DNA of 64,000 bases from Eledone cirrhosa (GCA_964016885.1 OZ024747.1:81654001-81718000); one strand, 5' to 3'. Counted from the stretch's first letter, positions 39,002 through 52,221 are shown. Made by a program: numbers and translations. Notes: a model not told the origin generated them from the letters alone.

Positions 39002-39683
39002 AACAAGAGGTAATATCGGCAGATACAAGCCAGAAACTCTGAAGAATATGGAGTGTACATACACTAATGTCTTACAAAGATATACGATAATAAAAATGAA
39101 AATAAATATAAAAATAATAAAAATATATAATAAGAATAACTAAGGATGTAGATAACATTAAGAACCATATTACAAATATAGTCCAAAGCAACCAACCTAA
39201 ATCTAAACAAATTTGGTTATATAGAGTAGGAATTATATATAACACAATATAATACATTATAATAATAATATACTTTTACCAACATTAAAATTCCCTGTAC
39301 CATTATAGTTTTTTTTTAGTATTATATGATTTATATTTCCTCATTTATTCTGTAACCCAGTATGAATCAATTTGTATATATTGTTTATGGTACATGTTAA
39401 TATACTGTTAACATTTTATCATTGTATTTCATTGTGACATCTATATTGTTTATGTAAATTAACCGGGGATTATCTATTCTATTTTATTATATTATATTGA
39501 ATTATATAATTTTGTTGTTTATTATTTGTTATATGTGTTTCTTGTAATTATATCATATTATTGCCTCATGTATATTGGGTAGATGTATTAGTATTATTTT
39601 CACTATTACCATGCTTATTTTTAATATTCAAACTTCTAATAGGGCTTAATTTCTGTGTAGTCGAACATAGATATGTGTGTTGT

Positions 39684-39718
<35 letters not shown>

Positions 39719-40090
39719 ACATATATACATGTATATATGTGCGCACACACACACACACACACACACATGTATATATTGTACCTTTTGATTTTTAATTTGG
39801 AATTTTAATGTTGGTAAAAGTATATTATTATTATAATGTATTATATTGTGTTATATATAATTCCTGCTCTATATAACCAAATTTGTTTAGATTTAGGTTG
39901 GTTGCTTTGGATTATATTTGTAATATGGTTCTTAATGTTATCTACATCCTTAGTTATTCTTATTATATATTTTTATTATTTTATCTTTATTTTCATTTTT
40001 ATTATCGTATATCTTTGTAAGACATTAGTGTATGTACACTCCATATTCTTCAGAGTTTCTGGCTTGTATCTGCCGATATTACCTCTTGTT

Positions 40091-40147
40091 GTTTTGATTG
40101 CCCTGATGAGTCCTTAATAGGACGAAACATTGTCGTCTAATAAAAAC
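40091..40147 (+). ncRNA. Type I hammerhead ribozyme (family C)
   Basis: Same as the 38945 copy with one helix I mismatch (GGC changed to GTC). Confidence 0.8.
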
Positions 40148-40360
40148 TTTTGATGTATTAAAGGATTCTTTGTTTTACTCTCTTAATTTTTTGGCTCTGT
40201 TTAACTGCATTGAGCTATACCTTTTACTGTCATTTCTATAATACGAAGAGGGTGTTTGACTCAAACACGCTCCAATATTCTAATCCTTATACATATATAT
40301 ATTTATATACATATTATAATGAAATGACAGGAGGCTGGATTTGTGTAAATCCTTGAAAGG

Positions 40361-40436
40361 TTTATTATACTATGATCATTTCAATGACCGGGTTCCGTAT
40401 GAATCCGGTGATATCATCAGGTATTCGAAATATAAT
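40361..40436 (-). ncRNA. Hammerhead ribozyme (family D)
   Basis: Reverse complement of 43165-43240. Confidence 0.7.
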
Positions 40437-43164
40437 ACGTGAATGTAATAGGTAAAATCCATGGGGCTGAAAATCGAGACCCGAGGGCGACCGCTATTCT
40501 GTTCCTTCAACCTCAGCCGGTCGCCCTGGAGTGACGTGGCTAAATTTTATAGTATGCTACTACCGGTCAGATGAACGAAAACAGAAAGAGATGGGAGCAT
40601 AGGTTAACGTCGATCCCATGACACAAGGTAAAAGAAAGAAAGAAAGGAAGGAGAAGAAGGGGGAAGAAAGAAGAAGAGAGGTCAGGGTTAATGTCAGCTA
40701 AAAGAGGAAGGTAACTACTACTGGTCAGATATAGGCAAGCAAGAGGGGGAAGGAAGATAAGTCTGCGGGAGGAGGAGAGGAGAGAAGGAAGGGAAGAGAG
40801 AAGTAGAAAAGTAAGGGTTGATGGCTACAAGAAGGAAGATAGAAAGGAAGAGGAAGAAAGGTCGATATTAATGTCAGACCACAGTCAAGCCAGGAGTGGC
40901 GCGAGAAAATTTTCACAGGGACCCGCATCTTAGCGGAGATGAATATATTGGGAGTCAGTGTTTTACAGTGTTTAGACTTCTAGGATGAAGTTAAAAAAAT
41001 TTAATAATCAATATTCAATATTAAAGAGGTTAGAAAATTTAAAGTTCAACAGTTTAACAATTAATTATATAATAGTTCCGATTTGTTCTGTAATTTAAAG
41101 GTACTATTTGGCGGTTAAAACAACGGCCGCGCCCCGGGCCCCATGGCGAATTAAGCCACGCCGAGTATTTTCATTTACTGAAAGAAGGGGAAATTTATTT
41201 TTCCAAGCACTCCAGGTGAGCTCGTTCGCCAGGGAGCTGGTCGCGCCGCCATTAAAACCCACCCAACAGTCCGACAGAAAGTTGGAACTTTAAAATTTAG
41301 CTTAGAGAAGTAAAAGAGTAATGGTTGATAGCTACAAGAAGGAAGATAGAAAGAGAGAGGAAGGAAGGTCGATATTAATGTCACACCACAGTCGGGCCAG
41401 GAGTGGCGCGACAAAATTTTCACAGGGACTCGCATCTTAGCAGAGGTGAATATATTGGGGGTCAGTGTGTTACAATGTTTAGACTTATAGGATGAAGTTA
41501 AAAAATTAATAAATTAATAATCAATATTCCATATTAAAGAGGTTAAAAAACTTAAAGCTCAACAGTTTCAGGTTGATATATATAATAGTTCCGATTTGTT
41601 CTGTAATTTAAAGGTACTATTTGGCGGTTAAAACGCCGGCCGCGCCCCAGGCCCCATGGCTAATTAAGCCACGCCGAGTATTTTCATTTACTGAAAGAAG
41701 GGGAATTTATTTTTCCAAGCACTCCAGGTGAGCCCGTTCGCCAGGGAGCTGGTCGCGCCGCCGCCAAAACCCACCCAACGGTCCGACAGAAAGTTGGAAC
41801 TTTAGAATTTTGCTTAACTCTATCGGATGAAGTTGAAAGAATTCAGAATAACATTATGAAACTAAGGAGTAAGAGGATTGAGAATTGAACAAACAGAAAA
41901 TTGAAGATCAGACATTCAAATAACTTCTATGAGGTTTTGGGTTGCGGGGTTTAATTAAATAGTCTTTTATGAAGAAACGTTAATTGTATTATGTAGATCT
42001 GTAATTTATCCTAGTGGGATGTAGAGTACGGGATATAGTCGTGTAATGTTTAATTTTTGTTCTCAGGAGGAGACATTCTAGTGTCGTGTGCTAATGGGTA
42101 CAGGTCCCAATGTGAGGAGTAGAAATACATGGATACATAGAAGTGGAATAAGTGGAAGAGCTAATGGGTACAGGTCCCAATGTGAGGGGTAGAAATACAT
42201 GGATACATAGAAGTGGAATACGTGGAAGAGCACATTGGTACAGCAGAGGTATAAATATATAAACATATCAATATATAGGTATAAACATGTAAATAAACCA
42301 ACAAGAGTGGTGTTGGAGTAAGATGGAGAAATCAGGACATTAATACAGCAAACAAAGATGTGAAGATATAGATAAACAAACAATAGTCGTTGTCTAGTAA
42401 ATGTAGAGTTCAAGAGACAGGAGAAATACAATATAGTTCAGGTTGCGGTATTTATGTTCCCAGGGGGAAATATTCCAGTGACGTGTGCTGAGGGTACACG
42501 CGAGTAAAAGTCCGAATAAGGGAAGTAGAAAGTACATGGATGTATAGAGGTAGAATACGTGGAGGAGCATTAATACAGCAAATAAAGATGTAAAGATATA
42601 AATAAACAAACAAGAGTCGCTGTCTATTAAATGGAGAGTTCAAGACACAGGAGAAATACAATATAGTTCAAGTTGCAGTCAGATAATGCATATAGATGTG
42701 GAAACAGTGCGTGTTCGAGTCTGGGAGTTCAGTGTGAGTTATACATGCCCGGAAGTATAGGGTAGCCATTTAGTTAATTCAGTGCAGTACAATACATGTT
42801 ATGGTCCAGTCCGTGGAGTTTCGTCGAAGTTCGGATATTCTGTGAGGGGAGTAGCAAAGGGCCAGGCGAAAGCACCGGGTAGCCAAAGTTCGAATTGTGG
42901 TTAGATATATTCAGTCCCATGCCGCTGTTGATTATTACATTTTGAAGTGCTCAACATTTCAGGAGCGTTATTTATTCAGGTTTGAGGTTTGCGTTAACCT
43001 ATGCTCCCATCTCTTTCTGTTTTCGTTCATCTGACCGGTAGTAGCATACTATAAAATTTAGCCACGTCACTCCAGGGCGACCGGCTGAAGTTGAAGGAAC
43101 AGAATAGCGGTCGCCCTCGGGTCTTGATTTTCAGCCCCATGGATTTTACCTATTACATTCACGG

Positions 43165-43240
43165 ATTATATTTCGAATACCTGATGATATCACCGGATTC
43201 ATACGGAACCCGGTCATTGAAATGATCATAGTATAATAAA
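43165..43240 (+). ncRNA. Hammerhead ribozyme (family D)
   Basis: ATAC-CTGATGA-TATCACCGG(ATTCATACGGAAC)CCGGTCATT-GAAA-TGATCA-TA-GTAT. Helix III is the palindrome ATGATCAT; the base of helix II is imperfect (U.U). Confidence 0.7.
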
Positions 43241-43460
43241 CCTTTCAAGGATTTACACAAATCCAGCCTCCTGTCATTTCATTATAATATTTAACTCCGT
43301 AATAGCACCACCAACTACAAAAACAAAGACGGTTGAACTGCTTTACGTTGAGTACTCTCTATATTATTGCATTACGATTGACCATACGGAATAGACCAGC
43401 TCTATACAGTGGTGAACCTCAAACCTGAATATATATATACATATATATACATACATATAC

Positions 43461-43495
<35 letters not shown>

Positions 43496-43502
43496 CATAC
43501 AT

Positions 43503-43560
<58 letters not shown>

Positions 43561-43563
<3 letters not shown>

Positions 43564-43894
43564 GAGGCACATGGCTTAGTGGTTAGAGCATTGGCTTTGC
43601 AATCGAAAGGTTGTAAGTTCAATTCTCAGACCGGGTGATGTGTTGTTTCCTTGAGCAAGACACTTTATTTCACGTTGCTCCAGTTTACTCAGCTGTAGAA
43701 ATGAGATTATAGGGACTGGGATCCCTATCATTCGTGGAGGTGCCACGGCAAAAAAGCACCCAGCACTCACTGTAAATGAGGTTGGTGTTAGGAAGGGCAT
43801 CCAGCTGTAGAAATCAAGCCAGAATCAGTTCCCGTCCCACCCTTGCAAGCAGGGAAAAGTGGACGTAAAATGAAATGAAATGATGATGATGATG
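43561..43894 (+). mobile_element. Composite CORE-SINE family A
   Basis: Same layout as the copy at 24440, with a small internal deletion. Confidence 0.9.
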
Positions 43895-44072
43895 ATACAT
43901 ATACATATATACATATATACATATATATATATATATCCATATATATATATATCCATATATATATATCCATATATATACATACATATACATATATATACAT
44001 ATATATATACATATATATACATACATATACATATATATATACATATATATATATATACATATATATATATAC

Positions 44073-44157
<85 letters not shown>

Positions 44158-44160
44158 CAC

Positions 44161-44191
<31 letters not shown>

Positions 44192-44226
44192 TATATATAT
44201 ATACATATATATATATACATATATAC

Positions 44227-44257
<31 letters not shown>

Positions 44258-44265
44258 CATATATA

Positions 44266-45451
44266 CTAGGTGTTGAGGAATGGCTTGTGAGGACAGTGCA
44301 AACTTTGTACAGAGGTACTCTCAGTAAAGTCAGGGTAGGAATGGAGTTTAGTGAGGAATTCCAGATACAAGTAGGAGTACATCAGGGTTCGGTCCTCAGC
44401 CCGCTCTTGTTCATTATAGTCCTCCAAGCCATAACAGAGGAGTTTAAGACTGGCTGTCCATGGGAACTTTTCTATGCTGACGATCTGGCTCTTATAGCAG
44501 AATCAGTAGAGGAGCTAGAGAATAAATTCCGGCTATGGAAACAGCAGTTGGAAGCAAGAGGACTGAGAGTAAATCTAGCTAAGACAAAAGTGTTGATGAG
44601 TAGAAAAGAGGACAAAACCTTGATTCCGTCAGGGAAATGGCCATGTTCGATATGCAGAAAAGGAACTGGCATAAATTCTATAAAATGCACACAATGCAGG
44701 TCCTGGGTACACAAGAGATGTAGCGGGATAGCAGGCAAGCTAACAGGTAGGGAGAAATATGTATGCAGTAGATGTACAGGGAAATTAGACAGTAGAAGTC
44801 GCACTGATAGACACATTTTTCAAATGCGAGAGGGCGCTATAGAAGTGGTGGATAGCTTCCGGTACCTAGGAGATCAGATTAGCATGGGAGGAGGGTGTTT
44901 CGAGGTCATAGTATCTAGAATAAGGACGGGTTGGAAGAAGTTTAGGGAGCTGCTTCCTTTGTTGATGAAGAAGGGTTTCTCCCTGCGTACGAAAGGCCAG
45001 TTGTATGATGCCTGTGTGAGGAGCGCGATGCTGCATGGTAGTGAGACATGGGCAGAAACCGCAGAGGATATGCGACGGCTGGAGAGAAATGAGGCAAGCA
45101 TGCTCCGTTGGATGTGCAGTGTAAATGTGCGTAAACGACCCAGCATACATGTGTTGAGAGAGAAACTGTGTCTGAGAGGGATAGAATGTAGTGTACGGGA
45201 GAGGAGACTGAGGTGGTATGGACATGTGATGCGCATGGAGGATGACCGATGGGTTAAGAAGTGCCAGGAAATGCCAGTTGAAGGAAGACGTGGTAGAGGT
45301 AGACCAAGAAAAACATGGGCGGAGGTGGTGAGAACAGACCTCAGATCATTGAAGCTCACGGTGGAGATGACGAGGGACCGTGACGAGTGGAGAGATGCTG
45401 TGCTGAATAAGACCCGTCCCACCCTTGCAAGCAGGGAAGAGCGGACGTAAA

Positions 45452-45486
<35 letters not shown>
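44266..45486 (+). mobile_element. 5'-truncated RTE-clade LINE (subfamily 1), open RT C-half with PHD finger
   Basis: [20 protein letters not shown]4HC3 finger, [39 protein letters not shown]. Stop at 45450, followed immediately by (GAT)n. Confidence 0.95.
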
Positions 45487-45511
45487 ATATACATATATAT
45501 ATGTATATACA

Positions 45512-45543
<32 letters not shown>

Positions 45544-45554
45544 CATATATATAC

Positions 45555-45605
<51 letters not shown>

Positions 45606-45616
45606 TATACATATAC

Positions 45617-45706
<90 letters not shown>

Positions 45707-45708
<2 letters not shown>

Positions 45709-46080
45709 CATCATCATCATCATCATCATCACCGTTTTACGTCCGTTCTTCCACGCTAGCATGGGTTAGACGGGTTGTCCTGTTGTGGGCAGTGTCTGGT
45801 CGGCTGACCATGCCTTGCTCATACAGGAACTGATCTGGCTTGATTTCTACAGCTGGATGCCCTTCCTAACACCAACCTCATTTACAGTGAGTGCTGGGTG
45901 CTTTTTCGTGGCGCCTACACGTCCCCTTTACAGTGTGGGCTGGGTGCTTTTTTGCCGTGGCACCTCCATGACCACCTTGCGGTGGGGGGAGTGGGGGCAT
46001 ATTGTTTATATGCTTCAGCATGTACCCATGGGAGGTCGGGTACCCTGTATTACTGCGTGACGCCAGAAGTCACGGTCGTA
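45707..46080 (-). mobile_element. 3' end of RTE subfamily 3 (ORF tip and long 3'UTR)
   Basis: [20 protein letters not shown] followed by a ~290-nt UTR and (GAT)n. Confidence 0.8.
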
Positions 46081-46081
46081 C

Positions 46082-46112
<31 letters not shown>

Positions 46113-46132
46113 CATATGTATATATATACATA

Positions 46133-46170
<38 letters not shown>

Positions 46171-46201
46171 AATAAATACATATACATATGTATATATATA
46201 C

Positions 46202-46284
<83 letters not shown>

Positions 46285-46309
46285 CACATATATATATATA
46301 CATATATAT

Positions 46310-47877
46310 ATCATCATCATCATCATCAACGTTTAACGTCCGTGTTCCACTCTTGCATGGGTTTGGACGGAGGTTTTCCCACTTGAGGCAAGAATGATTG
46401 TCTTGGTCGCATAGGACTGTCTGGCGGGTTTTCTACAGCTGGATGCCCTTCCTAACACCAACCACATTTACAGTGTGGGGCTGGGAGGTTTTTACCGTGT
46501 TGCCTACATGGCCATATTACAGCATGGACTGTGTGTTTTTTGTCGTGATACCTACACGATCTCATTTGTTTCGGCCTGGATGTTGTGGCACCAACATAAC
46601 TTTACATTGAAAGGGGCGGTGTGGATGAGGTAGGGGTGGTGTGACGGGGATGTGTTTTGTTAGAGATGCCTACTGACTGTAGTAGGTTTTACTTTGTATT
46701 TAGGTAAGGCGGGTCTTCTCTATTACTGAGTACCGCCAAAGGTCTCGGTCCAGTGACATTGTCTTGGAGAGGTGTAAGCGTGTGAGGTCGGAATTTATCA
46801 TGTCGTCCCAGGTTTTTCTGGGTCTGCCTACTCCGTGGCTACCGTCTCTCTTTATTGCCCTGCACTTTGTTATACAGCTGTCGTCTTTCATGCGCATCAT
46901 GTGACCATACCAACGTAGCCTTCTCTCGAGTAAACAACATTTGATCCCTGTTATTTCTAATTTTTTCCTTAGTTCGTTTATGCTTAACAGTTCACGTATA
47001 TTACTATTACACATCCACATGTAAAATCAATGTTCTTAGTTAGCTTACCTGTGATCCCACTACATCTTTATGCACCCATACTTTGCATTTGGGACACAAA
47101 ATGGAGTTTCTACCTACGCCTTTCCTACACACTGAGCATGGCCATTTCCCGGAAGGGACCGCCGCCTTATTTTCTTTCCTACAAACTAGAACTTTAGTCT
47201 TAGCCAGGTTAATTTTAAGGCCTTTTGATTCTAGGCTGTGCTTCCATGTTTGGAATTTCTTCTCTAGCTCGGTCATTGATTCAGCTATGAGCGTTAGATC
47301 ATCTGCGTATAGGAGTTCCCATGGGCAGCCGGTCTTGAACTCCTCTGTTATAGCCTGAAGGACATTAATAAATAGTAGGGGGCTAAGAACAGAGCCCTGA
47401 TGGACACCAACTTTTACGCTAAACTCTTCACTATATTTGTTGTTAATTCTAACCTTGCTGACTGTTTCTTTATACATGGCTTGTATAGCTCTCACAAGCC
47501 ATTCGTCAACACCTAGTTTTCTAAGAGCCCACCAGATAATGGAACGGGGGACTCTGTCGAAGGCTTTCTCCAAGTCGACAAAAGCTAAGTATAGGGGTTT
47601 ACTTTTAGCTAGGTACTTCTCCTGTAGTTGTCGTACAATGAAAAGAGCGTCTGTGGTACTTTTGCCTGACACAAACCCGAACTGCATTTCATTTAGATCA
47701 ATTCTCTCTCTGATTAGTTGCGCTATTACTTTTTCCGTGACCTTCATGACCTGGTTGATTAATTTAATGCCTCTATAGTTACACCTATCTAGGGCATTTC
47801 CTTTACCCTTGTAACAGTTAATGATGATGCTGCTATGCCAGTCCTTCGGAACAACCCCATTCTGTATGACTTGGTTT
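46310..47877 (-). mobile_element. 5'-truncated RTE-clade LINE (subfamily 2) with internal deletion and long 3'UTR
   Basis: [42 protein letters not shown] and a partial PHD finger. The sequence jumps at ~47018 to WMCN...RRLRWYGH...DRDLWR, followed by the UTR at 46699-46310. Confidence 0.95.
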
Positions 47878-47939
47878 ATATATACATATATATATACGTA
47901 TATATACATATATACACATATATATATATATATACATAT

Positions 47940-47994
<55 letters not shown>

Positions 47995-48001
47995 TATATA
48001 C

Positions 48002-48066
<65 letters not shown>

Positions 48067-48120
48067 CATATATGTATATATATATATATACATATATGTA
48101 TATATATATATACATATATG

Positions 48121-48219
<99 letters not shown>

Positions 48220-48220
48220 T

Positions 48221-48256
<36 letters not shown>

Positions 48257-48329
48257 CAGATATATATATACATATAAACATATATATACATATATATATA
48301 TACATATATATACATATATATATATATAC

Positions 48330-48374
<45 letters not shown>

Positions 48375-48388
48375 CATATATATATACA

Positions 48389-48641
48389 TCCAGGACGAAA
48401 CAAATGAGATCGTGTAGGTGTCACGACAAAAAAACACACAGTCCATGCTGTAATGTGGCCGTGTAGGCAACACGGTAAAAACCTCCCAGACCCACACTGT
48501 AAATGTGGTTGGTTTTAGTAAGGGCATCCAACTGTAGAAAACCTGCCAGACAGTCCTATGCGAGCAAGACAATCACTCTTGCCTCAAGTGGGACTACCCC
48601 CGTCCAAACCCATGCAAGCGTGGAACACGGACGTTAAACGT

Positions 48642-48672
<31 letters not shown>
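48389..48672 (+). mobile_element. RTE subfamily 2 3'UTR fragment
   Basis: Diverged reverse complement of 46310-46582. Confidence 0.85.
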
Positions 48673-48702
48673 ATAAACATATATATACATATATATATAT
48701 AC

Positions 48703-48737
<35 letters not shown>

Positions 48738-49034
48738 CATATATAAATATACATATATATACATATATATACATATATATACATACATATATATATACAT
48801 ACATATATATATATATACATATATATACATACATATATATATATACATATATATATATATACATAGATATATATACATATATATATATACATATATATAC
48901 TTACATATATATATATACATATATATATATACATATATATAATTACATACATATATATATTTACATACATATATATATACATATATATATATACATATAT
49001 ATATTTACATACATATATATTTACATATATATAT

Positions 49035-49262
49035 AAAAAAAAAAGGATCGATCGACATTCGTCAAATCGGACCGAGGAGACAATGTTTCCATTGGTCTTT
49101 CCAATTGCTAATACTATCTATCGGTCGCAACCCCAGGTAGAAGGAGCAACGTGAAATAAAGTGTCTTGCTCAAGGAGATAACGCATCGCCCGGTCCAGGA
49201 ATCGAACTCACAACCTCAAGATTGTGAATCCAATTCTCTAACCACTCAGCCACACGCCTTCA
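49035..49262 (-). mobile_element. CORE-SINE family C (different tail)
   Basis: Head GAAGGCGTGTGGCTGAGTGGTTAGAG and CORE block. Homologous to the plus copy at 57291-57510. Confidence 0.85.
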
Positions 49263-49378
49263 TATATATATATAAATATATATATATATACATATATATA
49301 TATACATATATATATATACCTATGTGTATATATATATATATGTATATATATATGTATATATATATATATATGTATATA

Positions 49379-49425
<47 letters not shown>

Positions 49426-49426
49426 T

Positions 49427-49526
<100 letters not shown>

Positions 49527-49629
49527 CATATATCTATATACATATGTATATATACATATATATATTTACATATATACATATACATATATATACATATATA
49601 TATATATACATATATACATATATATATAC

Positions 49630-51736
49630 ATGAGAATCCCTAGAAATAGAAAAACGCTCATCAGAAAAATTAAGAGAACGAACAAAAAAATCAACAAGCT
49701 GAAATACTATCAGCAGCAACACATCAACTTGACTGCCATTTCATCACTAGAGATTAAAAAACATAACCTCCAAAACAACATAATGTCCTTCATCAACAAT
49801 CAGAGAAGAGCTGAAGAGGCCTGGGCCATTGAGAAGATCAAACTCAATCGCAAAGTGTTCTTTTCATTTGCAAAAAAACACAAAATCACTGGCTCTACTG
49901 TTGGCCCTCTAATTGATGAAAATGGCACTCTTCAAGACAATGCTAAAACCATGGGTGAGATACTGCAGAAACAATACTGCTCTGTTTTCAGCAATCCTGA
50001 TATGGCCGATCTGGGCTGTATCGGCGATGTTACTCCCCATTACACCTTATCGGACATAACGTTTGGCGCCCCTGATGTCTTGGCGGCAATAAAGGAAATC
50101 AAGCATAATTCAGCAGTAGGTCCCGATAGGTTCCCTGCTTGTGTCTTGAAGGCGTGTCAACACCAACTTGCATCTCCTCTTGCCAATCTGTGGCGGAACT
50201 CACTGGATGCTGGATATGTGCCAGAAAACCTTCTATCCCAGTCTGTTGTCCCAGTTTTCAAAAAGGGAAACAAATCCCTTGCCGTGAATTACCGTCCAAT
50301 CTCACTCACCTCTCATATCATTAAGGTATTTGAGAGAGTGGTGAGATCGCGAATGACCCACTTCCTTGAGAGTAACAATATGCTGAACTCCAACCAGCAT
50401 GGATTCCGTAATGGAAGGGATTGCCTGACGCAGCTACTGCATCACTTTGATGACATTTTGAGAGCCTTGGGAGAGGGTTCCAACACTGATGTTATCTACC
50501 TTGATTTCAGCAAGGCCTTTGACAGGGTTGATCATAACATTCTACTGAGAAAGCTGTCCAATATTGGTGTCACTGGAAAGCTGCTGCAGTGGATCAAGAG
50601 CTTCCTGTCAAACAGAACCCAACATGTTGTAGTTGAGGGAGTCAAATCAAGCCCAGCCAAAGTCAGTAGTGGGGTCCCACAAGGCACTGTGTTGGGCCCA
50701 CTTCTCTTCATCATCTATATTACTGACATCACTGACATCATCAAACACAGCAACATTAAAATTTTCGCTGATGATTCCAAGCTCCAAAAGGTCATCAATG
50801 GCGTGGATGACCAGATAAGCCTTCAGTCAGACCTACTGGCTGTTACCCAATGGGCAGAAAAGAACAACATGTTACTGAACGAAGACAAATTCGAACTGAT
50901 CCACTTTGGAAAAGAGGATGCTCTGAAACTCCCGTACTCCCTTCCCTCCGGGGAAACTCTCGTGGTATCTAACAACATCAGAGACTTGGGAGTAACCGTG
51001 GACAGCAACATAAGCTGGACCACGCATATAAGCAGCAAAGTTGACATGGCCCGCAGAATGTGTTCCTGGATCCTCAGAACCTTCCAGTCGAGAGATTCCC
51101 GCACCATTATCCTTCTCTTCTCTACTTTTGCCCGACCACACCTTGAATACTGTTGTCCACTGTGGTCTCCCCACACGAAACAAAGTATCATGAAACTTGA
51201 AGCTCCTCAAAGGGCAATCACGAAAAAGATAGATGGCATGTCAGACCTTGACTACTGGGGTCGATTAGAAAACCTGAAACTTTACTCACTCCAACGTCGC
51301 CGTGAGCGTTATATTATCTGCATGATGTGGAAAATGTTCCATCATCACTGCCCAAATGATGTTGGCATCGCCTTCAAGATACACCCAAGGCTTGGGCCCC
51401 GTGCTATCCGTCCCATTCAAAAATCTAAATCGCAACTCATAACAACAATACGGCACAATTATTTCACCTCAATCGGCCCTGCTCTCTTCAACATCACACC
51501 AGGACACGTCAAAACAGATACTGACCACACAAAATTCAAGAAGTCTTTGGACAAATTCCTCCAAGTAATCCCGGACAAACCACCCACACCCGGATATGTC
51601 TCCGCAAACAGTAATTCTCTTCTCGAATGGGCCATGGTGCCCAAATCCTGAATTGAAAGACTTCGCCAGGTGGTGCTATTAAGTTAGACATGGCCTGGGC
51701 CAATACTGGCCAAAACATTTCAAAGTCATTCAAAGT
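49630..51736 (+). mobile_element. 5'-truncated CR1-type LINE with uninterrupted RT ORF (~670 codons, stop at 51651)
   Basis: [62 protein letters not shown]. Short 3'UTR ends in an (CATT[T]CAAAGT)x2 repeat. Confidence 0.95.
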
Positions 51737-51789
51737 TATATATACATATATATATATACATATATATATATATACATATATATATATAC

Positions 51790-51854
<65 letters not shown>

Positions 51855-51923
51855 CAAATATATATATACATATATATATATACATATATATATATACATA
51901 TATATATACATATATATATATAC

Positions 51924-51968
<45 letters not shown>

Positions 51969-52173
51969 TATACATATATATATATACACATATATATATA
52001 CATATATATATACATATATATATATATACATATATACATATATATATATACATAGATATACATATATATATATACACACATATATATATATACATATATA
52101 TATACATATATATATATATACATATATACATATATATATACATATATACATATATATATATACATATATATAT

Positions 52174-52220
<47 letters not shown>

Positions 52221-52221
52221 C

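Larger units (their letters stand above)
38905..40290 (+). mobile_element. Non-coding Penelope-like / retrozyme-like element with ~390-bp inverted arms (family C)
   Basis: 38905-39293 is the reverse complement of about 39800-40187. Each arm carries an HHR, the interior is AT-rich and non-coding, and (TA)n flanks both ends. Confidence 0.85.
40311..43431 (-). mobile_element. ~2.8-kb non-coding HHR-bearing element (family D) with 299-bp inverted arm
   Basis: Arms at 40311-40609 / 42992-43290; internal tandem duplications of ~507 bp and ~230 bp; no recognisable ORF; (TA)n flanks. Confidence 0.8.

Noticed and set aside
42040-42675. Repeated blocks resembling a spaced array
   Set aside because: Simple imperfect tandem duplications (~70 and ~230 bp) inside family D; not CRISPR-like (no constant repeat with unique spacers, eukaryotic context).
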